From NCBI GenBank assembly GCA_048128005.1, contig JBEUKZ010000016.1:372001-436000 (forward strand): a stretch of 64,000 bases of DNA, read 5' to 3'. This document shows, piece after piece, positions 1 to 59,293 of this stretch. Below the pieces are notes generated by a model. The model saw only the letters and a list, made by a program, of their open reading frames with translations, ran no database searches and was not told the origin of the DNA. The number at the start of each line of letters is the position of its first letter. Within the stretch, counting starts at the first letter, position 1. The position numbers and the translations under genes were made by a program. The DNA comes from Veleropilina oligotropha. Lineage: Eukaryota.

Positions 1-30
1 TGAAACAAATGGCATGCGTTTCTGTAATAC

Positions 31-117
31 CTGCTCAGCAACCGTTCTAAATAAGCACGAGCCATCTTTTGCCACTGGTTTTCTCCAAAGACCCAAACTA
101 CTCAAATACGCGTCCAT
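31..117 (-). CDS. Coding exon of an OTU-domain deubiquitinase, OTUD4/ALG13-like (gene continues off the left edge)
   Basis: Minus strand reads [29 protein letters not shown], then a GT donor at 30-29. This matches the OTUD4/ALG13 N-terminal OTU motif, including the catalytic D-G-x-C loop. The exon may start a few nt upstream via the acceptor cctag|g. Confidence 0.85.
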
Positions 118-329
118 AGGCCTAGGTAGTGCACGATATCACTAAGTCTTGCACTTGCGTTAATTTGACACGCTCTTTAAATTCACAGTCAAGTAACTTC
201 AACAATTGAACAATTAAGTAATATAACAAATAAACATGAGTTAATATCGCACATATAAATTATATGTCGAATTAAGTGTTTTCCACACTTTAACACAAGA
301 ATGAAGTTCTCGTGCACGCAAAAGTCTGA

Positions 330-600
330 ATTGGTGACGTCACGATTTCCAATTACCTAATCAAATACATGGCAGTCTATTGGTTCATTTCGTGTGTAAG
401 TTTTGCATATTGTACATAAAGAACAAATTATAATTTTGCGCTGTTTCATTAAATAAATCAATATTAGATTTATCTATAAAAAATTTCGTTAAATTGCCAA
501 ACATTGACGAAGTTACGCTACCTGGAAATTTGAAAGATAATGGTTTCGACCAATCAGCAAGCTCGTTGCAAACGATAACCGACAATCGCAGCCATTTTGT
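330..600. promoter_or_regulatory. Putative bidirectional promoter between the OTU gene and SUPT20H
   Basis: CRE palindrome TGACGTCA at 335-342; CCAAT boxes in opposite orientations (ATTGG ~379-383, CCAAT 550-554); outward-facing YY1-like motifs (ACATGGC 367-373, GCCATTTT 591-598); lies between divergent genes. Confidence 0.5.
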
Positions 601-1042
601 CTGCGAAATTGACAATGGTTCTCTGCCAACATGTTTATTGTTATTGTTTTGTTAACATGATCAATTGATGATACACGTGCAGCAACGATCAACACTGATC
701 TTTGATCTTTTCACGCTTCTGTGAAATTAGCACTATTTAATTAGATGTACTAACGATTGACAGCCTGTTTCGCCAAAACAAGCACGGTTCAATGCCACAA
801 ACGATAACATCGAATTTGACACAGTGACCAGAATCATGAGAATGACACCAAATGGTGATTGAAAAGTTTTAAAAGGTGGCATAAAATGTACCGACAACAT
901 GGATGAAAAGGGATAACAAGGTGAAACAGCTAGTCAGAAAAAATTAGAACTATTATAATATAGCCAGTCACATTAAATAATTTTTTTAGTATTTTACAAT
1001 GATAACATGATCATAAACATGTGTAGGCCGATCTGTATTAAT

Positions 1043-1900
1043 TGTATCCCCCGAAACGAAAGTATCGGGTGATACTATGGTTTAGCGTTCGTTATTCCGC
1101 GTCCGTCGAGAGATTCCTCGTGATCGCTCTAGGCAGGCCGTTTCTTAACGTAATGTTTTCAAATTTGGTATGTGCATTGGTTGGGGCTAGGACACGACGC
1201 CTATAAAATTTGGGTGTGGTCCGACCTCCAAGATGGCCGCTGTGGCCTCCATCTTGGATTTTAAGCATAATTCCTTGTGATCGCTCTAGACAGGACATTT
1301 CTTAACGGAATGTTTTCAAATTTGGTATGTGCATCGCCGTTTGTTGGGGCGAGGACACTACACCTAGAATATGAGTGTAGTCCGACCTCCAAGATGGCCG
1401 CTGTGACCTCCATCTTGGATTTTAAGCATAATTCCTCGTGATCATTTTGACAGGCTGTTTCTTAAGAGACTATTGCTCGTAAATGCCCTCTTTCTTTTTT
1501 AAAAAGAAAACTAACAGCATTACACTTTTTGTTTATAACAAAAAGTTAGGAATTTTCAACTTTCGACAGTAATTTGCTACCATTTAAATTAATCGCTATT
1601 GAATATTTAAAAATAATAAAACGCGGTCCGCGTTTAATTACCTCGCACCGAGTTTATTTCCAATTGACCTAGTTGGAGCACAGTTGTGTTGATTTGTATC
1701 AATCTGCGCGAACCGGGCAATAGATGGTGTCAGGACAACTTGTGCCAGAGACAACTCGTGCGAAAGAGCGCATTTACGGGCAATAGTCTCTTTAACGGAA
1801 TATTTACAAATTTAGTATGTGCATTGGTTGGGGCTAGGACACCACACCTATAGAATTTGGGTGTGGTCCGATTAAGCATAATTCTTTGTGATCGCTCTAG
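1043..1900 (+). mobile_element. HINE/DINE-1-like non-autonomous element with internal tandem units (3' end not defined)
   Basis: 5' hairpin gtatcccccga...tcgggtgatac, a CGTC microsatellite seed and ~3 degenerate tandem units; related fragment on - at ~62775-62960. Confidence 0.55.
1466..1791. mobile_element. MITE with TTAA target duplication, nested in the preceding element
   Basis: TIRs gagactattgctcgtaaatg / catttacgggcaatagtctc, TTAA on both sides; removal restores tttcttaacggaa, as in the neighbouring unit (~1298). Confidence 0.75.
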
Positions 1901-2239
1901 TTAATTAAATACATGTTCAAAAGAAACAACGAATTGTGATTCGTACTATAATTATGCTTATTAGCAATATTATAGTAAACACATACGTTAAAAGTTTGTT
2001 AAGTGCATATATCTAAACGCTTGCCCCCTGTGGTAGAGTCCATAGTACCATTGTAGCAATTTTTCTATTTATTTCCTAATAGTTTACAGCATGGTACCGA
2101 CTGCTCAACCTCACGAGAGTGCGTTACATTTTAGTCAACAGTCACAATTGTTCATAACTTTTCGCCGATTAATCTGGGAAAAATGGTGTAATAAACAATT
2201 ATTTCATACACTTCGTGTTTGCCTTGGTTGTGGGTATAA

Positions 2240-3245
2240 TTTTATATTTGAGACCATGTAAAGTATACCGGTAGTTGGCGTTTTATATTTGAGACCATGT
2301 AAAGTATACCGGTAGTTGGCGTTTTATATTTGAGACCATGTAAAGTATACCGGTAGTTGGCGTTTTATATTTGAGACCATGTAAATTATACCGGTAGTTG
2401 GCGTTTTATATTTGAGACCATGTAAAGTATACCGGTAGTTGGCGTTTTATATTTGAGACCATGTAAAGTATACCGGTAGTTGGCGTTTTATATTTGAGAC
2501 CATGTAAATTATACCGGTAGTTGGCGTTTTATATTTGAGACCATGTAAAGTATACCGGTAGTTGGCGTTTTATATTTGAGACCATGTAAAGTATACCGGT
2601 AGTTGGCGTTTTATATTTGAGACCATGTAAAGTATACCGGTAGTTGGCGTTTTATATTTGAGACCATGTAAAGTATACCGGTAGTTGGCGTTTTATATTT
2701 GAGACCATGTAAAGTATACCGGTAGTTGGCGTTTTATATTTGAGACCATGTAAAGTATACCGGTAGTTGGCGTTTTATATTTGAGACCATGTAAAGTATA
2801 CCGGTAGTTGGCGTTTTATATTTGAGACCATGTAAAGTATACCGGTAGTTGGCGTTTTATATTTGAGACCATGTAAAGTATACCGGTAGTTGGCGTTTTA
2901 TATTTGAGACCATGTAAAGTATACCGGTAGTTGGCATTTTATATTTGAGACCATGTAAAGTATACCGGTAGTTGGCGTTTTATATTTGAGACCATGTAAA
3001 GCATACCGGTAGTTGGCATTTTATATTTGAGACCATGTAAAGTATACTGGTACTTGGCATTTTATATTTGAGACCATGTAAAGTATACCGGTAGTTGGCG
3101 TTTTATATTTGAGACCATGTAAAGCATACCGGTAGTTGGCGTTTTATATTTGAGACCATGTAAAGTATACTGGTACTTGGCGTTGTATATTTGAGACCAT
3201 GTAAAGTATACCGGTAGTTGGCGTTTACCGGTAGTTGGCGTTTTT
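2240..3245. repeat. 41-bp minisatellite, ~24 copies
   Basis: Unit ttttatatttgagaccatgtaaagtataccggtagttggcg, nearly invariant. Confidence 0.97.
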
Positions 3246-3536
3246 CTAAATCCATGGCCTTTGTCTTCATAGTTTAATTCATTGTTGATACAAGTTTGTA
3301 AATTATTGGTAATTAATGTCTGCAGGCTATCAGTATCCTGATTATTGTAATATTGTAGTAATCGTAACATTCAATTTGATAAAAACTAAAAACAACCATT
3401 CGTAATTGTAGGTCCGAGTCCAGCATGTTTCTAAGAAAGTATAATCATTTGAAGGTGTGGCTTTTATAAACTAGTAAACATGCAATATTACAACTATTAC
3501 ATTTCACAGTTTGTAACATTGGCAATTTTTCTTCAG

Positions 3537-50525
<46,989 letters not shown>

Positions 50526-50962
50526 AGCAGCAACTGTCAGTCATTCAAGCAGCGAATAAGAAAGCAAGAAGCTATCGGTCCGCATCCACTCCTTCAAATA
50601 CATTAAGCAGCCAATTGCAGCAGCTGCCAGTCATTCAAGAAGCAAATAACCAAGAACTTTAACAAATAGTCCAGTGACATTTTATATTAAAATTTAAATT
50701 AAATTACCTTCAATATTATTTAGGTAGGGTCAGGTAACAATGAAATAGTGATATCATACATATTGTTGCTTATATTGCATGATTGAGAAATTTAACGAAA
50801 AACTTTAACTGGAGAATCAATTGTTGACGCCGGTCAGACTACATGCTCATTACATATATAGATGCGCATTTGCATTGCATGCGAATCAAAAATGGCGCAT
50901 ATTATGGTGCCGAATTATGTTGTACAGTATTGTAATTATTCAAAGATATCTTTAATGTATGT

Positions 50963-50968
50963 AATAAA
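50963..50968 (+). terminator. Candidate SUPT20H polyadenylation signal
   Basis: AATAAA ~440 nt after the stop codon, followed by a GT-rich stretch. Confidence 0.45.
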
Positions 50969-51474
50969 TATCTAGTGAAATCTGTATTGGGGTTTTTCGG
51001 TTTGATGGTATTTATTTATCATAAATTATTGTTTAATAAGTGTGCTGTAATTTCAGATTATATCACCATTTAACATTATTCGGTGATGGGAGGCCGCTTC
51101 AACAGTCGTGTGGTTTCTGTTGTGGACTCCGAAAATCACTGGCTAGATTCCGCTGACACGAACAGTAGTGGGTTCTAACCTCGGCAGGGACATCACACAT
51201 TTGTTCAAGTTTTGAATCACAGTTGTCCGTAACTGGTCGGAGCGGGCGGGTTTCCCCGGGCGACCGGCCTTTCCTCCCGTGATCCCTGACCAGTCATGGA
51301 CAACAGTGACTGTTAATTGAATAAAGAGCCAAGGATTTCAACTCAATTTTGTTGAGTCGTATCAGTCTGAAATTGGATCCACACACTCTTATACATTCCA
51401 CTACAGGTGTGGCAGTATATTTGATGTGACAGAAATCAATCTCCCAATTGTATTGAGAGTGCTTTGGAAAGCAG

Positions 51475-52110
51475 AACTAGAGCTATCACAGGAGTGATCA
51501 CATGCTCCCACGAAAGCATTTGACCCAGGAACAGGCTGTTGCATACACACATCAAGTTTCGTGTCCCTCGGTCAAATAGTATGGGAGATATGGAGCAGAA
51601 GGGAATTTTGGATTAAGTGCAATCAAGCATGGAATTATGTTGTGTTGACCTACTTTCGGTACGCGACACATCTTTGGGTTATGACGCATGCACACATCAA
51701 GTTTCGTGGCCCTCGGTCAAATAGTGTCCAAGATATGAAGCGGAAGGGAATTTTGGATTAAGTGCAATCAAGCATGAAAAGTAGGTCGTGGTGACCTACT
51801 TTCGGTACGCGACACCTTTGGGTTATGACGCATGCACACATCAAGTTTCGTGTCCCTCGGTCAAATAGTATGGGAGATATGGAGCGGAAGGGAATTTTGG
51901 ATTAGGTGCAATCAAGCATGGAAAGTAGGTTGTGGTGATCTACTTTCGGTACGCGACACATCTTTGGGTTATGACGCATACACACATCAAGTTTCGTGTC
52001 CCTCGGTCAAATCGTGTCCAAGATATGGAGCGGAAGGGAATTTGCAACAGCAACAGACTGACATACAAGCTGACTCCTATAGACCCCCTAAACTTCGTTT
52101 GTGGGGGAAT
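51475..52110 (-). mobile_element. HINE (same family as 5117-8478)
   Basis: aactagagctatcacaggagtgat end; tandem ~118-bp units; aaacttcgtttgtggggg start. Confidence 0.75.
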
Positions 52111-54181
52111 GACTTATATCGAGGTGTAGTATGCATAATATTTACGTTGTGCACAGCTGTTCTCTGAAGTGACACACCAATATCCCAAGTAAACAGCTTT
52201 GTTTTATTTTGATAGTTTTATCACCACTTTCTAACAATTTCAATCTTATTGTGTTTGGAACATTGGTTTAACGCATCTCCATTCAAAGGATGGGTACCAT
52301 GTTTTTTAGTTATCCATCGCGAGATTAAACTCTCTTCCTATGGTTCCAGTAAAACGATCTTTGTCTGATGCTCTAAAAAGTTCAAGCATTGAGAAACTCA
52401 CAGTAAGTTTCAATATGGGTATCATTTGCCACGGCATAAACATGGCTGCATTTGACAATCACTGAATATGTACCGTCATCTAAATGAAGTATTAAGTCTG
52501 GAAGTTGTCTATGACTGGTACGAATCATGTATAAAAACACTTCCTGTCACGAAATGTCTGCAGTATGTATGTCCAATAACTGAATTCACAGTAAGGATTT
52601 CATAAATTTATTTCAAAGCGAGACTGTCTTTCATAAATATACAAGGCTGTATATATTCATACATATTTATTTATTTACTATAAACTAAGTAAAAAAATAC
52701 AAATGTAAAATTGACTTTGAATGTCACTTGACGATATGTTGATGCATATAAGAAGTCATTTCGATGATTTCATTCATTACGGTGGGAACTCCGCTTCAAC
52801 GACGACTATTCAATACTCGACGCATCATGGTTACTCCACACCATGGAATCGCTACACACAGAGCATGAATCCATCAGTACGTCTACAAAGTCTGATAAAA
52901 TCAATACAAAATCAGCATTCTACCACTATTCACCGATATTAACGATCATTGTAATAATAACATTCAATCCTAGTACACGATTGTTTAGCACCAGGCAACA
53001 TTGGCGACTATGATTATGTACATTCAATTTGGCAAATTGCATTTTTTAAAAACTATTTCAACATATTATTACATATAATATGCAGCAGAAATTTAACTCC
53101 CAATTCTTATAACAGTATATTTAAGACTTTAAATTTGCATAAAACAAATATATTAATTTAAAATACATGTATAGCAAATATAAATACATGCACAGATCTA
53201 CAGCACGAACAGTCCACATTTACTTTTCAAGTTTAAATATTGCAAATTCATTGAAGATAAAAACAAAATCTGACTCAAAATATAACAATTCAATATCAAG
53301 AACCTTTAATAACAAAAAAGTAGGTAATATTCAATGGCACTTCAGACATAACATTTATGCTTAACTCTATATACGTATCACATACGTTACTGTGCACTGT
53401 ACGTAAATCGAAACATGAATGCAATTGTCATACTGTCACAATATATACTGTACACGTATATGCAAAATGCATGCATTTTATTGTTGAGGGACAGACATTT
53501 TTAGCGATGAAATCTCAGGCAAAGGAATATCGCGCTTCACAACAATGATAGTCATTAACTCTTAGCCCACTGATCACGACAACAGTTGCTTCACAGGTAA
53601 CTCATTACAGTATAAGCAATATTTTTCAGCGGGAGAAGATTAAAATACATAATAGAATAGTTCGACTCATTCTTACGTAGGATACAAACACAAAATATAT
53701 GAAATAGATTAACTAGATGCTAAGGCACATTCAACTAACACTTAAAGAAATACAAAGCTCAATGTCACTTGTGTTAATATAACGAGCAAATCAATCTCCT
53801 ACACGTGTCAATGGAAATATGTTATGCATCATAACTAAAACTGTTATCTAAAACAAATTAATATTATGCAATCTATGGATTCTAATTATAATTCACTCAT
53901 ATCCATAACTTTATAAGTCGAAAGCAGTAATTTGGAAGAGCATAATGAAATCAATCGAACAAACTGAGACCAGTATCCTTCTCCTCCATTGCTCACTTAT
54001 CTTTAGTCTCCAGGTAGATCTGAACGACATCGTGTACAAGCCATCTTAGTATTACAACATATTTATTTTTAGTGAACCCATGGTGTGACATCATAATTCA
54101 TCCTCTTAATGGCGTCCAGTCACGTTTTTGATACACAACTGTGAGCAATGCCCAAGTTAACACATTTTAAAATCCATCATC

Positions 54182-54340
54182 ATGGTTAAATGTCAGATCT
54201 GTGGAGACGAGTACCAACATCCAAGCTCACTCTTCCATCACCACCAAACTCACTCCATTAAGATGTTCAAGTTCAAACACTGTGGGTATTATTCACCCGC
54301 AGCAACAGCCTTAAAAAGCATCCACGGAACTTTTACCAAA
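54182..54340 (+). pseudogene. Degenerate C2H2 zinc-finger ORF fragment
   Basis: CQIC-x12-HHQTH finger; second finger FKFKHCGYYS continues as RSNSLKKH only after a frameshift. Confidence 0.55.
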
Positions 54341-54439
54341 TCTCACTTTAACGCAACAGACAATTTGGCTATAATACTGACAACACCCTGTTGGAAGAGC
54401 CCCAGCCCGTCACTTGGATGCCACCACCGTAAGGCTAGC

Positions 54440-55245
54440 ACCAGTTATACCATCCGGTCCACGTTAGCAAGGCCAACACCAGCTAAACCATCCGGTCCGC
54501 GGTAGCAAGTCCAACACCAGCTATACCATCCGGTCCACGGTATCAATGCCAGCACCAGCTATATAATCCAGTCCGCAGTAGCAAGGCCAACACCAGCTAT
54601 ACCATCCGGTCTGCAGTAGCAAGGTCAACACCAGCTATACCATCCAATCCGCGGTAGCAAGGCCAACACCAGCTACACCTTCCGGTCTGCAGTAGCAAGG
54701 CCAACACCAGCTATACCATCCGGTCCGCGGTAGCAAGGCCAACACCAGCTATACCATCCGGTCTGCGGCAGCAAAGCCAGCACCAGTTATACCATCCGGT
54801 CCGCAGTAACAAGGCCAACACCAGCTATACCATCCGGTCCGCGGTAGAAAGGCCAACGTTAGCTATACCATCCGGTCTGCGGTAGCAAGGCTAAGCACCA
54901 GCTATACCATCCGGTTCGCGGTAGCAAAGCCAACACCAGCTAATCCGGTCCGCACTAGCTATACCATCCGGTCCGCGGTAGCAAGGCCAACACCAGCTAT
55001 ACCATCTGGTCCGCGGTAGCAGGGCCAACACCAGCTGTACCGTCCGGTCAGCGGTAGCAAGGCCAACACCAGCTATACCATCCGGTCTGCGGTAGCAAAG
55101 CCAACACCAGCTAATCCGGTCCGCGGTAGATAGGCCAGCACTAGCTATACCATCCGGTCCGCGGTAGCAAGGCCAACACCAGCTATACCATCCGGTCAGC
55201 GGTAGCAAGGCCAACACCAGTTATACCGTCCGGTCCTCGGTAGCG
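54440..55245. repeat. 38-bp minisatellite, ~21 copies
   Basis: Unit caccagctataccatccggtccgcggtagcaaggccaa. Confidence 0.95.
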
Positions 55246-55260
55246 TTAGCTCAATAAATC

Positions 55261-56016
55261 AACTAGAGGTATGATCCTCATACTGGCCCGCCTTTTGTAT
55301 CCATAGAGATTAAATAATAACTCTAATACAAATTTCCTACTAACTGTCAGAAAGTATATATCTTATAATAGTTCATATGACCTTGACCTTTGACCCCAAC
55401 TGGGAACATATGGAAGGCCTAATGGTCTAGTATACAAGGTGTATACCAAATATGAAAGGTGTAGGTCTAGTGGTTTGTGTTCTATGTGACAGAGCAATCT
55501 TCCAAGTCAACAACGGAAATACACGAAAATGACCTTGACCTTTGACCCAGTGACCCCATCTTTGAACTTAGGCAAGGCCTGATAGTATACAAGGAGTATA
55601 TCAAATATAAAAAGCGTAGGTCCAGCGGTTCGTCTTCTATGTGACAGAAAGCGATCTTCCAAGTCAAGAACGGAAATGAGCTTGACCTTTGACCCAGTGA
55701 TCCCATCTTTGAACTTGGGCAAGGCCTGATGGTATACAAGGTGTATACCAAATATGAAAACCGTAGATCCAGCAGTTCGTCTTCTATGTGATAGAAAGCG
55801 ATCTTCCAAGTCAAGAATGGAAATACACGAAAATGACTTTGACCTTTGACCCCATCTTTGAACTTAGGCAAGGCCTGATGATATACAAGGTGTATATATA
55901 CCAAATATGAAAAGCATAGGTCAAGCGGTTCATCTTCTATGTGACAGAAAGCGATTAGCGGACGCCGACACAGGACGCCAGTCCACGACTATAGCCCTGC
56001 CTAGTACGCGGGCCAA
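55261..56016 (-). mobile_element. HINE of the 158-bp-satellite family (~4 diverged units)
   Basis: Termini and units are the reverse complement of 35135-36546. Confidence 0.85.
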
Positions 56017-59000
56017 TAAAGGCGACCATAAACAATTAATGGCATCACATATTACCTACAATAAATACTAATATATCCAGTTTCCTTGATTTCAGTTCTC
56101 ACATTTCGACACACCTACATATCTGGCATAACGATACTTCTATATTGCATAACCTGTACGCACGAAAGGACACATCCAGAGACCTAGCTACTCTAATAAA
56201 TCATAACGAGCAAGTCCACACTCCAACTCCTCCACACCGGATATCTTTAACAGGTATTTCGTTTACCGATTGATGTACATAATTCAATGACTTACAATAT
56301 GTACAAATACATATAACAATAAATATAACATCAAAAAGTAATCTTTTTTACTACGTATTAGCTAAATGCGCAGTTGACGCGAGATCAAAATAATTAAGCC
56401 TCCTCTGGAATGATAACTATCGAAACTTACATATAAACTACGATACACAATTTTGCTTTCAATATGCATTAAATATTGCATACAATATCCAAATAAACTA
56501 TACAGTAACTTAATAATTAAAACTGTGTCAAATTTACATCACCATAATATGCAATTTCACATCATGAAGACTCAATTTTATTATATATTATATATAAAAC
56601 TCAACAAACACAATAAAACGTGTGTTAAAAGTACATAACAAATGGTTAAAAAACAGTAACAGTAACCGTATCTAAATACCCACTTACTGACCTTTGACTG
56701 GCCATGCATTTTTGAAATTAAATGGTCCCAAAAATACTTTACTATTACTGTAATACAATAATTATTATAATTGGGACTACAGATTTGCTCTTTTTTCTAT
56801 CACTAAACTATCTATACAAAGATTTCTTATATTACTCTACTATTTATAAAGCTTGCCAAACGGTCATCAACAAAAATTACATGTTTTTTTAATACATATA
56901 TATATATATATATGTTACTGTCCATTTGCATGCAGTTAGATTGATACATGTGACAACAAAATGGCCCTTTTCAGCTGCGGCAAGAAAAATAGTTGTAATA
57001 AGAATGAAAAACACAAAGTTTAATGATTTGTCATTGCAGTTTGCAGCTTATAATCTCTGATAGTCTTACAGTATTAAAAATGTGTGCCCTTATGATTTTT
57101 AAAATAATAAAAAAAATAATTGTCATGCAATCATTAAAAAAAATGTGGCACAAGTGTCGTACAGTCACAGTCAGTTATTTTTGACAAAAACATGAACAAT
57201 TTTCTAATTTAGCTCTTTCCCTCGACTTTCCATTATTAAAATATGCAATATTCCTGGGTATTTTTGAAGAAATTTCTAAAAATAACTATACTTTCTGTCC
57301 ATACATAGAGGATATCGAACGAGTGTCCATTCCATATGAGAATTATGACACGAGTCGGGCACAATTTATGTACCGAGCCTTGGCGAGGTACATAAATTTT
57401 CTGACGACTTTCATAATTCTCATATGAAATGGATACAAGTTCGATATCTTCTTTATCACATGCCTTTATTTACTTTTAAACTTATTTTATTACGTTTTTA
57501 CACTCATTTCTTTACGTTTTTAAACTGATTTTTGTCAGTACTTTCAGCAATAAAATGCCATGCCCCAGACGCATCACGCTTCGAAAGCACGCGCCATGCC
57601 AGTACGCCAATAAAAAATAGTTCAACGTCAGTAATCAACGAGTCAACGCGTATGAATTATTCATTATGTTAATGAGGGTGATTCGCCGCCTAATCAACTT
57701 GGCGCCAGATGCGATAGTCGGCCGTCATGCTCGCCCTCATTTGCATACTTATGAGACGTGTCTTTTCGTATAGAAATTTATGGATCGGCTTCTACCGTTC
57801 CATAACAGGTTTGTCATGTGATAAATATATTTATTTCATCGATGTCACAGCACACAAATATTTCATATTATTTTCAATTGATATTTGTGTATTATTTTTC
57901 AAAATACCTTTTATCGGGTGTTGTTGTCCACTCTAAATTAAGCAAAATCACAAATGATCATTTCTTATTAGAGCAATTTACAATACAGATATATCATGTA
58001 TGAATATCACCTACTATTAGGTGTGGAGTATTATCAGTAGTTTACAAAACGATCCCCATCCACCTTGAATACGAAGGACAATAAGTCATAGATACAGATA
58101 TACATTCAGACAAATATACCCGTCTGTTAGAACATAAGACAATAACGCATTCGTGGACAGATACGTCTGGACGAAAGAGTTAATACTGTATAAGAATTGA
58201 TTTTCAGGTAATATTAAAACACAAATATTTTGATATTTAACGATCGTAAATTCACTAGAAAACAATAAAAGCTTTCACATTTGTCTATCAAGTACAGTAC
58301 TCATGATTTTGATAGAAATGCCACCCTGTAGTCTTTTTTGATCGAGATAGAAAGTAGCCTGCAATTTTCAAAGTGTACTTTCAAAAATAGAATCCCAGCT
58401 ATATTAAATAGGTTAATGAACAATCATCAACAATATATTTAAAATTGGCAATCATTAATATCGCAGATATCACCAGTCCAATTATGTTTGATTTTTTAGA
58501 TAAGAAAAATACCTTCGACTGCTAGAAAAGGCACCAAATGGCATGCTCTAAAAAACATTTCCGCATTCAACATTTCGCGATGTCGGCACTCAGTGATAGG
58601 ATTGTATAAAATGTATTTTCAGTTACTGCTCCTCCTGATAATTAGACCAGGCTACAGCCGTGATACATATATCGAGTTTTGTCTATTCTTTATCTTCATC
58701 TTCTTTTAACGTTTAAAGTTTTTCATTAGATCAATGCTTAATATCCTATTTTTAATAACCGTCATGACAATCTCCATGACAATCTCCATGACAATCTCCA
58801 TGACAATTGAACAAAGTGCCTTGTTGAGGATGCGCACCCATTTCTTTTAATCATGCAGAGCGTACATATTGTATTTCGCACATGAAATATGTATATGTAT
58901 ATTTGCATTATTTGTAAATATGTATGAATGAATATGCACATAATATTAACTATGTATGCCATATATTTAAGTATACCATTACGTATGTATATATATATTT

Positions 59001-59293
59001 ATATCAAGATTAAAAGGCAATTTTTCTTTATATGCATATTTTCATTAAAAAGAAATTTTATTGCAAATAAATTATTAAAATCTGTGTATATAATGATATA
59101 TTAATTATTATCAATATTTGTTTTAATTAAAATTAATTCACCTATCACTACATCATTATTTTAAAATTATAATACAACACATAAATTATACAAATGGTAA
59201 CTAAATTCTATTCTATTATACCAAACACTATTATGAAATATACACAAACATGAAATGTTGCAAGCTATACTAGAATTGACATTGATATATCTT

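Noticed and set aside
2240..3245. CRISPR-like array
   Set aside because: Contiguous identical units with no unique spacers, no cas genes, eukaryotic context.
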